DNA of 64,000 nucleotides from Patescibacteria group bacterium (GTDB lineage: Bacteria; Patescibacteriota; Minisyncoccia; Phycocordibacterales; UBA9973), in NCBI GenBank assembly GCA_040384805.1, contig JAZKIP010000008.1:36749-100748 (forward strand), given 5' to 3'. Below are positions 33,300-42,876 of the stretch, piece by piece (position 1 is the first letter of the stretch; each line of letters begins with the position of its first letter). The notes beneath the pieces were generated by a model that did not search any database, was not told the origin of the DNA, and saw only the letters and a list, made by a program, of their open reading frames with translations. A program made the position numbers and the translations under genes.

Positions 33300-33692
33300 T
33301 TATACTAATTTAAGCGCTTCTTTTACATACAGATCAACTCCCCCTAGGTTTTTAATATCATCAAGAGCAACCCATGTATATTCATCATGTTCGTCGCTTA
33401 ATTTTATCTCACCTTGAGCTTTTCCTATATATGTTAATCGCACGACATGTTTGTCCTCTTTCAGAATATCCTGAGCTGAAATAAACTCTGGTTCACCTTC
33501 AAGCTCGAGTCCTGTTTCCTCCATAACTTCCCTTTTCAGATTCTCAAGCAATGAGACGCCTATATCAATTCGCCCGCCTGGAATATCCCACTGCGTTCCA
33601 ACCTCGGGATATTTTTCTTTCGAACGCTCAAGCAACAGGTACTCGCCTTTTTCGTTCCGCAACAAAATTTTAACGCCGACTTGGAGATTCAT
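33300..33692 (-). CDS. NUDIX hydrolase
   Basis: WDIPGGRIDIG...LKREVMEETG and SDEH motifs. Confidence 0.9.
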   Translation of the reverse strand: MNLQVGVKILLRNEKGEYLLLERSKEKYPEVGTQWDIPGGRIDIGVSLLENLKREVMEETGLELEGEPEFISAQDILKEDKHVVRLTYIGKAQGEIKLSDEHDEYTWVALDDIKNLGGVDLYVKEALKLV

Positions 33693-33820
33693 AATTATTT
33701 AGTTTCGAAAAATTTTTTCTTTAAAACTCAGTGAGTATTCGCATTTCTGCTTGATTCCTTTTTAAATACTCCATCTTCTCTGAATCAGTCAGTTTTAAAA
33801 TTCATAATATGTATCAAGCT

Positions 33821-35077
33821 TTACACAAAAACTGCAGGTACAGGGTGAGTATGAGCGAGAGCTTTTACTTTAGCTTTGATCTCAGCTTTCTTACCTTGGT
33901 CATCCTTGTTCTTAAGCGTTTCAATGAGAAGACGCGCAACCTCTTTGCATTCTTCTTCTTTGAATCCGCGTGTGGTGATGGCAGGAGTACCGAAACGAAT
34001 ACCTGACGGATCAAGCGGCTTGCGGGTATCCCCTGCGATCGAGTTCATATTAAGGGTGATGCCGACTTCGTCGAGAACTGTCTGAGCTTCCTTTCCGGTC
34101 ACTCCGAGCGATCCGTAGACATCGGCAAGAATAAGATGATTGTCGGTTCCTCCGCCTATCATGCGGATATTATTCTCTTCCATGACTTCCGCCATAGCTT
34201 TCGCATTTTTAAGGACTTGCTCTGCATATTCCTTGTAAGCCGGAGTGAGCGCCTCGCCGAAGGCGATGGCTTTGGCAGCGATGGTGTGCATATGAGGGCC
34301 GCCTTGGATACCGGGGAAAATAGCTTTGTCGATCTTCTTTGCGATTTCTTCGCTCTCGCGTGTTAGGATCATTCCTCCTCGCGGGCCGCGGAGGGTCTTA
34401 TGCGTCGTCGTCGTAATGATATCGAATCCGTCATCAAAAGGATTGCGGAGAACTTTAGCTGCGATGAGCCCTGCAATATGCGCCATGTCAGCCATTGTGA
34501 TCGCCCCCACTTCCTTGGCAATCTCGACGAATTTCTTGTAATCAAGCGTACGCGAATACGCGGAAAATCCGGCAAGGATGATTTTCGGCTTTTTTTCAAG
34601 AGCTACCTGCCGCAAATCTTCGTAGTCGATCTCCCCTGTTTCAGCATCCTTCATTTTGTAGCCGACGAAATTATATATCTTGGCAGGCAAGGTCATCGGG
34701 TGGCCATGAGTCAGATGTCCGCCATGGGAAAGATCCATGCCGAGGACCGTGTCGCCCGGCTCAAGGAGCGCGGCATAGACAGCCAGATTGGCAGGAGCTC
34801 CCGAGTGCGGCTGAACGTTTGCGAATTTAGCATCAAATAGCGTGCATGCACGATCGATCGCGATGCGCTCGACTTGATCGGTAAAATCCTGCCCGCCGTA
34901 ATAACGGCGGCCGGGATAGCCTTCGGAGTATTTATTCGTAAGAACAGAGCCGTTCGCTTCCCGAACAGCAAGTGATACATAGTTTTCAGATGGGATAAGC
35001 TCAAGACCGTCTTCTTCCCTTTTCGTCTCGCCCATGATCGCATCCCATATCTCCTTGTCTTGTTTCTCTATATACAT
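33821..35077 (-). CDS. glyA: Serine hydroxymethyltransferase
   Basis: LIPSENY, GGHLTHG and [13 protein letters not shown] motifs. Confidence 0.97.
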   Translation of the reverse strand: MYIEKQDKEIWDAIMGETKREEDGLELIPSENYVSLAVREANGSVLTNKYSEGYPGRRYYGGQDFTDQVERIAIDRACTLFDAKFANVQPHSGAPANLAVYAALLEPGDTVLGMDLSHGGHLTHGHPMTLPAKIYNFVGYKMKDAETGEIDYEDLRQVALEKKPKIILAGFSAYSRTLDYKKFVEIAKEVGAITMADMAHIAGLIAAKVLRNPFDDGFDIITTTTHKTLRGPRGGMILTRESEEIAKKIDKAIFPGIQGGPHMHTIAAKAIAFGEALTPAYKEYAEQVLKNAKAMAEVMEENNIRMIGGGTDNHLILADVYGSLGVTGKEAQTVLDEVGITLNMNSIAGDTRKPLDPSGIRFGTPAITTRGFKEEECKEVARLLIETLKNKDDQGKKAEIKAKVKALAHTHPVPAVFV

Positions 35078-35129
35078 ATGAGCATTTTAGCATGTTGAAC
35101 AAGAAAGGGAAAACTGTATAATAAGCAGT

Positions 35130-36485
35130 ATGGCAAGCAACACTATTGAGGATCTCAAGCATACCAAAGTAGCAATCAATGGCGGCGGGTGCGTTATTGT
35201 TCTTGATACAGGATCGGTTATAGGCCCGGAATCCTCGGCAATGCTTCAAGCTCTTCATTCACGTTCAACAAACGGGCTTGAGGGGCATCTCAAAATTCTG
35301 GCCCAGAAAGGTTCAGAGAACTTCATGAAAAACTTTTATGTCGGGTATGGGCACAAGTCGATTGGTGATTGCGGTACGGCATCGCTTTTCATTGAAGGAG
35401 TCTCGATGCTTGTCGCGAAGGCAATCCAAGATTGGCCGCTTTATTCCGGTCAGGAATCATCAACACGGTATGTCGATTTCAAAGTGCAGCCGTTTAAGAA
35501 TCCGTCTCTTTCCGAGGAAGGAAATCTGATTCTCGAGGCGTGGAGAGGATTTTATACGGATTCATTCGATCAAACAGTTAGTTATCTGAAAACTCAATTC
35601 CCGATAAATGAAGGAGAGTCCGAATCTATATATATAAAAGCAATAAACGCCCGGGCATTTGACATATTACGCGGATTTTTGCCAGCTGGCGCAGTTACAA
35701 ATCTCGCTTGGTCAACAAATCTCCGTCAAGCTGCCGATAAGCTTCTCACTCTTCGCCATCATCCCCTGTCAGAAGTCCGGGAAACAGCTAATGCGATAGA
35801 AGCGGCCCTCATTGAGGCATTTCCAAATTCATTCGGGCATAAACGATATGAATCAACTGAGGAATATGACGAATATTGCATGACAAATGATTATTACTAT
35901 CACAAGCCTGATTGTCCGGAATTCGAAATGACTTCAAATTCAATCGATACAAATCTCTTGCCGAAAGAAATACTGACAAGACGGCCCGCAAAAACCGAAT
36001 TGCCGAAACATTTAGGAGAAGCGGGTGTTCTTCAATTCGAATTTTTGTTAGATTTTGGATCATTTCGCGATATCCAACGTCATCGCGCCGTCATCCAAAG
36101 AATGCCGCTTCTTACGACGGAACTTGGATTCGAAGAATGGTATATCGGCGAACTTCCAGAGGCGATACGTGAAAAAGCACGAATCTTTCTGAAAAAACAG
36201 GAAGAGAGGATACGCGCGCTCCCGATTACGAAAGAAGAAAAGCAATATTATACAGCAATGGGTTATAAGATATCTAACCGTATGACAGGCAACTTGCCTG
36301 CCTTGGTATATTTGGCAGAACTTCGCGCAACGCGCTTTGTACACCCTACTCTCCGGAAAAGAGCAAAGCAGCTCGCCGATATTTTATCTGAAACATTCGG
36401 ACCAAACGGGCTTGTTATGCACTTGGATGAAGAAATTGACCGATTTGATATCAAGCGCGGAGAGCATGATATTGTACTGAAATAA
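35130..36485 (+). CDS. thyX: FAD-dependent thymidylate synthase, tandem-domain form
   Basis: YGHKSIGD, QESSTRY, DILRGFLP and FRDIQRHR motifs. Confidence 0.87.
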   Translation: MASNTIEDLKHTKVAINGGGCVIVLDTGSVIGPESSAMLQALHSRSTNGLEGHLKILAQKGSENFMKNFYVGYGHKSIGDCGTASLFIEGVSMLVAKAIQDWPLYSGQESSTRYVDFKVQPFKNPSLSEEGNLILEAWRGFYTDSFDQTVSYLKTQFPINEGESESIYIKAINARAFDILRGFLPAGAVTNLAWSTNLRQAADKLLTLRHHPLSEVRETANAIEAALIEAFPNSFGHKRYESTEEYDEYCMTNDYYYHKPDCPEFEMTSNSIDTNLLPKEILTRRPAKTELPKHLGEAGVLQFEFLLDFGSFRDIQRHRAVIQRMPLLTTELGFEEWYIGELPEAIREKARIFLKKQEERIRALPITKEEKQYYTAMGYKISNRMTGNLPALVYLAELRATRFVHPTLRKRAKQLADILSETFGPNGLVMHLDEEIDRFDIKRGEHDIVLK

Positions 36486-36509
36486 ATAATTAAAGATTAA
36501 ATTAGTTAG

Positions 36510-36547
36510 ATCTAAACAATTTTAACGATCGTTTAGATTGTTTAGAT
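36510..36547. promoter_or_regulatory. Long imperfect palindrome upstream of the PaaX-like gene
   Basis: atctaaacaat-tttaacgatcgtttag-attgtttagat. Confidence 0.55.
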
Positions 36548-36570
36548 AACAGAAAGGATATGATTCATTC

Positions 36571-37056
36571 ATGGCCCATTATGATCAAAATTATTCCTTT
36601 CAGGATTTCCTGATTGCTTTTCTCTTAAGCGGAAGGAGCTCGAAACGGTTCTTTCAGATTCTTCGCGAGCAGGAATGTAAAAAGAGAGCAAGAGCAACCG
36701 TTCAATCAACTCTTACAAGACTAAAAAACAAAAACTTTGTAATAAGAGACAGAGATGGATGGAGAGCAACTAAAGCCGGTGCTTCCTATTACAAGAGAAA
36801 AACTCTTTTGTCTTTCCTTGAATCGCCGTTTATAAAATCCTCCCCGCGGAATATCCTTATTGCGTTTGATATTCCAGAAAAAAGAAAGCATGTCCGTCAC
36901 TGGCTAAGGAATCAGTTAAAAATATATGGTTATACAATGATTCAAAAAAGTCTGTGGCAAGGTCCAGGACCGATCCCGGATAATTTTAGAAAAAGAATTA
37001 AGATGCTTTCACTTTCAAAAAATATAAAAATATTCAGACTTGGTGCAGCACGCTAA
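36571..37056 (+). CDS. PaaX-like wHTH / Cas2-like-fold regulator (CPR type)
   Basis: STLTRLKNKNFV helix; FDIPE..K..RHWLR..L...GY..IQKSLW. Confidence 0.75.
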   Translation: MAHYDQNYSFQDFLIAFLLSGRSSKRFFQILREQECKKRARATVQSTLTRLKNKNFVIRDRDGWRATKAGASYYKRKTLLSFLESPFIKSSPRNILIAFDIPEKRKHVRHWLRNQLKIYGYTMIQKSLWQGPGPIPDNFRKRIKMLSLSKNIKIFRLGAAR

Positions 37057-37130
37057 ATGTTTACAATTTGAGCGATCGTTATTTTTGTTTACATTGGGAA
37101 ACTGAGGAGGGATTTGATATGATAGGAAAT

Positions 37131-37631
37131 ATGATTTTGTCTCTTATTGCAGCTATAGGGAAAAATGATGAACTTGGTAAGGACAACAAGCTCCTCTGGG
37201 ACATGCCGGCGGACATGAGGCATTTTCGGGAAACGACGACGGGTCATCCTGTCATTATGGGGCGCAAAACATTCGAATCCATTGGCCGCCCTCTTCCTAA
37301 CAGGCGCAATATTGTCATTACGCGCGATGACTCATATTCGCATGAAGGAGTCGAAGTCGTTCATTCGCTCGACGAAGCGGTAGCCTTTTTTGCCGATTCG
37401 GAAGAAGAAGTTTTCTGTTTAGGCGGCGGAGAGATATTCAGACAGGCGATCGATAAAGCCGATCGCCTTTATATCACCCGTATTGAAAGTGGTTTTGATG
37501 CCGATGTTTTCTTTCCGACAATCAGTGACGATATATGGAAGGAAATATCGCGCGAAGAACATGCAAGTGATGAGAGGAATCCCTTTCCATATGCATTCTT
37601 GTTGTATGACAAGATTGACAAAAACATCTAA
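37131..37631 (+). CDS. folA: Dihydrofolate reductase
   Basis: LLWDMPADMRHF, MGRKTFESIGRPLPNR, GGGEI and DVFFP motifs. Confidence 0.95.
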   Translation: MILSLIAAIGKNDELGKDNKLLWDMPADMRHFRETTTGHPVIMGRKTFESIGRPLPNRRNIVITRDDSYSHEGVEVVHSLDEAVAFFADSEEEVFCLGGGEIFRQAIDKADRLYITRIESGFDADVFFPTISDDIWKEISREEHASDERNPFPYAFLLYDKIDKNI

Positions 37632-37648
37632 TATGCGAAACTCATAAC

Positions 37649-38185
37649 ATGATTCTTTCAGACACGAAAATTTTGGAACATATCGAAAAAGGCGATATCG
37701 TCATTACCCCCTTTGATCCTAAAAATATGGGAGGCAATTCCTATGACGTGCATTTAAGCAAATACTTCGCTCAATACATCGACAGCGAGATCGATGCGAA
37801 GAAGCATAACCAGGTAAAACATTTTGAAATCCCCGACGAGGGATTCGTCCTCATGCCGGGAGAACTCTATCTTGCTTCAACTCTTGAATATACCGAATCG
37901 CACATCCATGTGCCCTTTCTTGAAGGCAAGTCGTCAACAGGCAGGCTTGGCGTTGATATTCACGCGACAGCGGGAAAGGGAGATGTCGGCTTCTGCGGTT
38001 ATTGGACGCTTGAAATATCGACCAGCAAACCCGTCCGTATTTATCCGAACATGCCGATCGGTCAGCTGATTTATTACGTCGTTGAGGGCCCTGTTGAGCG
38101 GCTCTATCATAAAAAAGAAAGCGCAAAATACAGTTATCAGGACAAACTTCCGAAAGAATCCATGATGTGGAAAAATCTTCAATAA
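37649..38185 (+). CDS. dcd: dCTP deaminase
   Basis: MILSD, SYDVHL, EGKSSTGRLG and TLE motifs. Confidence 0.93.
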   Translation: MILSDTKILEHIEKGDIVITPFDPKNMGGNSYDVHLSKYFAQYIDSEIDAKKHNQVKHFEIPDEGFVLMPGELYLASTLEYTESHIHVPFLEGKSSTGRLGVDIHATAGKGDVGFCGYWTLEISTSKPVRIYPNMPIGQLIYYVVEGPVERLYHKKESAKYSYQDKLPKESMMWKNLQ

Positions 38186-38207
38186 AACCCGGTGAGGGGG
38201 TTTTATT
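38181..38207. terminator. Bidirectional terminator
   Basis: aataaaaccc-ggtgagg-gggttttatt. Confidence 0.6.
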
Positions 38208-38209
38208 TT

Positions 38210-39193
38210 TTAGGGATTTTTTGCCGCAGCAATGATTACCTTTGCTCCATTGATCGGCAGGGCGAATCCGATATTTTCCGAGCCTTGGGCGACAGCGACA
38301 TTGATGCCGACCACCTCGCCCCGGAGATTAAGAAGCGGTCCTCCTGAATTGCCCGGATTAATAGCAGCATCCGTTTGAATGATCTTGTCTAATTGTTCGG
38401 ATTGTCCGCGACCATCGCTTGCGGTAATTGATCGAGAAAGTCCTGAGATGACCCCGGCCGAGACGCTATTCTTGAATTCTCCGAGAGCATTGCCGATGGC
38501 AACGACGCTCTGCCCGACCTCAAGAGTATCTGAATTTCCGAGTGTAAGATACGGGAATCCTGTTCCCTCGATCTTGATGATAGCGACATCGAGCGATTCA
38601 TCGCGGGACACTATCTGTCCGGTAAGCTTTCTCCCGTCATTGAGAAGTACATCATAGATAGCAGTCGCGTCCGAAAGGACATGGCGATTCGTAACGATGA
38701 GACCGTCGCGGGATATTAAGAATCCGGAACCGCTTCCGATCTGCTTCTTTTCCATTCCCCTCTGTGTATACACCGGGGTCTGGATAGTAAGACCAGGGAA
38801 ACCGCTGTCTTTTTGCTGATATGTAACATCATAGACAGGCACTTCCCGCGAGATAATGATCGAGACGACCGCAGGCTGAGCTTTCTTCACGGCAGTTATA
38901 ACAGTATCCGGAGCTGCGGGAGGAACCTGCGGAACGACAGGTGCTTGCGGTACTTCTGCAATCTTCGTTTCAGGTATGGCGACAGGAAGGAAAGTATCAT
39001 TGCGAACTGCGATCCGGCTCTCTTCCAGAGCGGCATAATTTTGCGCAAGAACAGAAAAGATTTTCGCGCGATAGTGCCAGAGGATCAGGAAAATGATCCC
39101 GAGGGTTATAATGATCGTCGCGAAGCTTACTAAAATGGCTCGTGCCATGGGGCGATGAAATAATGATTTTAATTTTGAATTGAAATTGCTCAT
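38210..39193 (-). CDS. HtrA/DegP-like trypsin serine protease without PDZ domain
   Basis: GSGF, TNRHV, DVA and QTDAAINPGNSGGPL motifs; N-terminal TM helix. Confidence 0.92.
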   Translation of the reverse strand: MSNFNSKLKSLFHRPMARAILVSFATIIITLGIIFLILWHYRAKIFSVLAQNYAALEESRIAVRNDTFLPVAIPETKIAEVPQAPVVPQVPPAAPDTVITAVKKAQPAVVSIIISREVPVYDVTYQQKDSGFPGLTIQTPVYTQRGMEKKQIGSGSGFLISRDGLIVTNRHVLSDATAIYDVLLNDGRKLTGQIVSRDESLDVAIIKIEGTGFPYLTLGNSDTLEVGQSVVAIGNALGEFKNSVSAGVISGLSRSITASDGRGQSEQLDKIIQTDAAINPGNSGGPLLNLRGEVVGINVAVAQGSENIGFALPINGAKVIIAAAKNP

Positions 39194-39197
39194 ATTT

Positions 39198-39977
39198 TTA
39201 TGATGCGAAAAAGCCTTCCGCTTTTAATTTATTATACTGGCTCTCGATCTTATCTTTCGTATACGGGAGGATAGAGAAAAGGGTGCGCTTGGTAATTTTA
39301 TTATTCTGTATATATGCTTTGATGATAGCTCCGCGAACCTGGCGGAGAGATCCTTCAAATGCGCTTTGCTTGGCGTAATGCGCGCTTGTGCGGCTCGGAT
39401 TAGGAAAAGTTTTCTTGAGCATGGCCCCATAATCCATAAGCGCATTGTACCACTCTCGCGGATTTTTATGATCATTGTATTTTTCGATAAACGGCATGAG
39501 CGACGCGTCGGATACTTTCTTCTTGCCGGGGAAAAAGAAATAGATAAAGACCGTCCGGATATTCGTCTCGATCATAGAGACAGGCTCATTATATGCGAAT
39601 GCCACAAGTGCCGATGCGGTATAAGGACCGAGGCCGGGCAATCTCAAAAGCTCATAGCGCTCTTTCGGGAATTTTCCCTTATAGTGATCAACGATAATCC
39701 GCGCCGCTTTATGCAGATTCAATGCGCGGCGATTATATCCGAGTCCCTGCCAGACTGACAAGACATCTTTGACAGATGCAGCGGCAAGGAGTGAGACACT
39801 AGGGAACTTTTTCAGGAACTCGGCATATTTGGGCATGACCCGGGCGCTCCCCGTCTGTTGAAGCATAAGTTCAGAAACAAGTATTTTATACGGATCGCGT
39901 GTCGTGCGCCACGGAAGTGGCCTTTTTTCGGCTTCATAGTGATCATATATTTTTTTCTGGAAGGCTTTTATCGTCAT
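39198..39977 (-). CDS. mutY: A/G-specific adenine glycosylase, short form
   Basis: LPWR, SELMLQQT, WQGLGYNRRA and LPGLGPYTA motifs. Confidence 0.88.
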   Translation of the reverse strand: MTIKAFQKKIYDHYEAEKRPLPWRTTRDPYKILVSELMLQQTGSARVMPKYAEFLKKFPSVSLLAAASVKDVLSVWQGLGYNRRALNLHKAARIIVDHYKGKFPKERYELLRLPGLGPYTASALVAFAYNEPVSMIETNIRTVFIYFFFPGKKKVSDASLMPFIEKYNDHKNPREWYNALMDYGAMLKKTFPNPSRTSAHYAKQSAFEGSLRQVRGAIIKAYIQNNKITKRTLFSILPYTKDKIESQYNKLKAEGFFAS

Positions 39978-40591
39978 CGCAGGACAAAAAAACCGAGTAT
40001 CATCGCAGTAAAGTTGAGAATCGTATGAGACGCCGATATGAGAATAAGATTCGGATAGCGGTAGTACATCCATGCAAAGCCGATTCCTCCGATAAATGTA
40101 AACGGCAGAACGAATAGAGAATGAGAATAAATAACATGAATAAGGGCAAAAAGAATGGCGTTGAGGATAATGATCGCGTATGGGTTCGCAAAAGCCATTC
40201 CTAAGAGGCGCATCAGAATGCCGCGAAAAACAATTTCCTGAAGAACACTCACGGGTATGAAAAGAAGAAGAAATCTTTTATTTTCCCACCACTCGAGAAA
40301 CGGCTCGTGGGGGACGATATGGGCAAGCCATACTGAAAATGCGATGCCGCCTGCCGTAAAAAGGGCATAGGGGATGATATCTTTGAGCAAGTCACGCCGT
40401 ATACCGAGATCCTCATACGTCCATCGAGCCCGCCGCGTAATGCCGTATAAAAGCAAGGCGATGCCAGCGAGCATAACGATACGGAATTCGGGCGGAATAA
40501 CTCCGAAATACAAAAGAAGTACGGGAACAATATACAGATACACTATTTGAAGCAGAATAAGCTCTTTATTGCGGGGGTGTGATGTATCCAC
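39974..40591 (-). CDS. CPBP (CAAX/Abi) intramembrane metalloprotease
   Basis: QEIVFRG, FALIH and SHTILN motifs. Confidence 0.85.
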   Translation of the reverse strand: MDTSHPRNKELILLQIVYLYIVPVLLLYFGVIPPEFRIVMLAGIALLLYGITRRARWTYEDLGIRRDLLKDIIPYALFTAGGIAFSVWLAHIVPHEPFLEWWENKRFLLLFIPVSVLQEIVFRGILMRLLGMAFANPYAIIILNAILFALIHVIYSHSLFVLPFTFIGGIGFAWMYYRYPNLILISASHTILNFTAMILGFFVLR

Positions 40592-40613
40592 CTTTGTACT
40601 ATACTATAAAGAT

Positions 40614-42269
40614 ATGAAGAGATTCAAATATATTTTCATCGCACTCATAGTCATCTTTGGAAATCTATCCACGGCCGAAGCTCTCGATATACAGTATGGA
40701 ACCGTTCTCGGATATTCAGGATCGAATATTCTCGTCGAATATAGCGGCATCGGGAAGAAGAAAAATTTTCTTTGCAATACTGTAAGCCGCAATTGCTCAA
40801 CTACCAAGAAAACGGCGCTCGGCACAAAAGAGACCAGCGCGCTTGCAGCAAGCGTAAGGGACGAATTAAGAAATGCCCGAGCAAGCCACATTACGGTCTC
40901 GCCGTCAGGAAATTTTGTGGCATATTACAAAACAAGCACGACTGAAAATCAGACCCGGTCTTTTGTTATCCGTGATCTAAAAACAGGGAAAGAATATTCT
41001 GTTTCAAGACCTTCCACCGCGTCATACTGGGATCTTGTCAACGATCAGGCTCGGGTTTTCGAATTCTCTCCTGACGGCAAGAAACTCATATATCTTGACG
41101 ATACGGATGGGGCTTTTGCTCTGTACTCCGTTGATACGACGACACTCTCCGAGACGACGATGAAGGAAAACAGGGTTCCTCTCGCCGCCTATCAGGTCGA
41201 TGATTTTATTTTTACCGACAGCGATACCCTGTATTATGTCGGCAACGCAAAGGACAATCGATATCTCTGGTCGCTTTATCGGCATGATTTCAGAACAGGA
41301 AAAGACAGTATCGTGGCTTCAAAAGTATCCTATGTCGATTCACTTCTTAAAATCGGTTCCTCGATCGTATTCAATCAAATGCAGACGAGAGGGTTCGGTC
41401 TTGCGCTTTATAACACCTCAAGCAAGAAAGTCCTTCAGTTCAAGATTCCGGGTATTGGCACGAAAAATACTGTTTCAAATGAAGAAGTCATAATGACTGA
41501 AAACGTACATGGAGTCTTGATGACCCCAGCCAAAATTGATCCTTCTAAGACATATCCCCTTCTTATATGGCTTCATGGCGGCCCGTATCGGCAGACAAGC
41601 TACGGCTATCACCCCTTTCATAGCTACGGAACATATGACTCGATCTTGCAATTGTTGCGGAAAAACAATGTTGTCGTCTTGAAACTTGATTACAAAGGGA
41701 GTTATGGTTTCGGGCGGGATTTCGCGGAAGGACTCAAGGGATCCGTCGGTACAGGCGATGTCGAAAATGTGATGAATGCGATCTCATACGCGAAAACGAG
41801 ATTCACTGTCGGAGGCGTCTATCTCGCAGGCAACAGTTATGGCGGATATTTGTCTCTTCGCTCTATCGTCGAACATCCGTATTCATTTACAGGCGTCATG
41901 TCGATCAATGGCGTAACAGACTGGGAAAGCCTGCTTACAAGTTTGAAAACGTCCATATTCAATACCCATTTCAATGGCGCTCCCGACTCGTCGAACAAAA
42001 CGCTCTATGATCAGGCGTCTGTTGTTAATCGCATCAACATCCTCGGCAACCAGAAGATCTCGCTTATTCAAGCTCAGGCAGACCAGACTATCCCTCCATG
42101 GCAGGCCGATTTCCTCTATGGAAAACTCAAGGAACAGAATAAAAACGTCTCGATTGTAAAATATGAAGGAGAAGATCATGTCTTTGAAAAAAAATCAGCG
42201 ATTTCTGATCTGTGTATTCAAATGTTCAATTTCGTCGGCGTGAAGCCTGATAAAGAATGTAAAAAATAA
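40614..42269 (+). CDS. Secreted S9 prolyl-oligopeptidase family protein
   Basis: Signal peptide, beta-propeller-like region, HGGP, GNSYGG, D and H of the triad (ADQT, EDH). Confidence 0.88.
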   Translation: MKRFKYIFIALIVIFGNLSTAEALDIQYGTVLGYSGSNILVEYSGIGKKKNFLCNTVSRNCSTTKKTALGTKETSALAASVRDELRNARASHITVSPSGNFVAYYKTSTTENQTRSFVIRDLKTGKEYSVSRPSTASYWDLVNDQARVFEFSPDGKKLIYLDDTDGAFALYSVDTTTLSETTMKENRVPLAAYQVDDFIFTDSDTLYYVGNAKDNRYLWSLYRHDFRTGKDSIVASKVSYVDSLLKIGSSIVFNQMQTRGFGLALYNTSSKKVLQFKIPGIGTKNTVSNEEVIMTENVHGVLMTPAKIDPSKTYPLLIWLHGGPYRQTSYGYHPFHSYGTYDSILQLLRKNNVVVLKLDYKGSYGFGRDFAEGLKGSVGTGDVENVMNAISYAKTRFTVGGVYLAGNSYGGYLSLRSIVEHPYSFTGVMSINGVTDWESLLTSLKTSIFNTHFNGAPDSSNKTLYDQASVVNRINILGNQKISLIQAQADQTIPPWQADFLYGKLKEQNKNVSIVKYEGEDHVFEKKSAISDLCIQMFNFVGVKPDKECKK

Positions 42270-42302
42270 ATTACCCAGAGAATAGTCCCTGGGTAATTTA
42301 TT
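42265..42302. terminator. Bidirectional terminator
   Basis: aataaattacccag...ctgggtaatttatt. Confidence 0.7.
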
Positions 42303-42328
42303 GTAGTATTTTGATTTTATGCCAGTTC

Positions 42329-42730
42329 TTAACGCACCTGAATGGATGACGCACTGACGCTTCCTTCGGGATTTGCCGTTCCCGTTATCGTAATTTCTTT
42401 TCCGATAATGACATCATCGAGAGTTCCTGTAGCCGTCTTCCCGACAGGTGTCGTTCCTGTAAAGAAAATGATCTTAGAGCCGCCAGTGCGATCTTTGATA
42501 GTAATACTAGTATCGTCTTTGGCGACCACTGTTCCCATGATTAGATTCGTTCCCGCCGCGCGGCCGGATATCATTCGATTATTCGCGCCTCCCGTCGTAC
42601 GGAATCCGCCTTGGAAATTCGGCGTGTTCGACTGTCTTTTCTTATTCGCATGCACCTGACCTGCATAAAAAGAGAGACCGGCGACCGCAATCAAAACGAT
42701 AATACTTACTATAATTGTTTTTTTATTCAT
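42329..42730 (-). CDS. Membrane-anchored DUF5666-like OB-fold protein
   Basis: N-terminal TM helix; GTVVAKDDTSITIK...DVIIGKEITITG...VSASSI. Confidence 0.65.
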   Translation of the reverse strand: MNKKTIIVSIIVLIAVAGLSFYAGQVHANKKRQSNTPNFQGGFRTTGGANNRMISGRAAGTNLIMGTVVAKDDTSITIKDRTGGSKIIFFTGTTPVGKTATGTLDDVIIGKEITITGTANPEGSVSASSIQVR

Positions 42731-42761
42731 ATTTGTTCAGGCTTCTCCAAAATATATTCTT

Positions 42762-42864
42762 TTCCCCGCTTCCTATACATTTCTGAATGGTCTGGCCTCG
42801 CTCCTTTTAATCTATATGAGCGAGGAGATCCGAGGACCTGAAGAAATGTATAGGAAGCGGGGAA
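42762..42864. repeat. 103-bp inverted-repeat element (23-bp perfect arms)
   Basis: ttccccgcttcctatacatttct / agaaatgtataggaagcggggaa; inner cctcgctc/gagcgagg. Confidence 0.85.
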
Positions 42865-42876
42865 TGATTGATAATT

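Noticed and set aside
36571-37056. Cas2-like FDIPE/QKS motifs suggesting a CRISPR-Cas locus
   Set aside because: No repeat-spacer array or other cas genes in the window; fits the stand-alone PaaX-like family.
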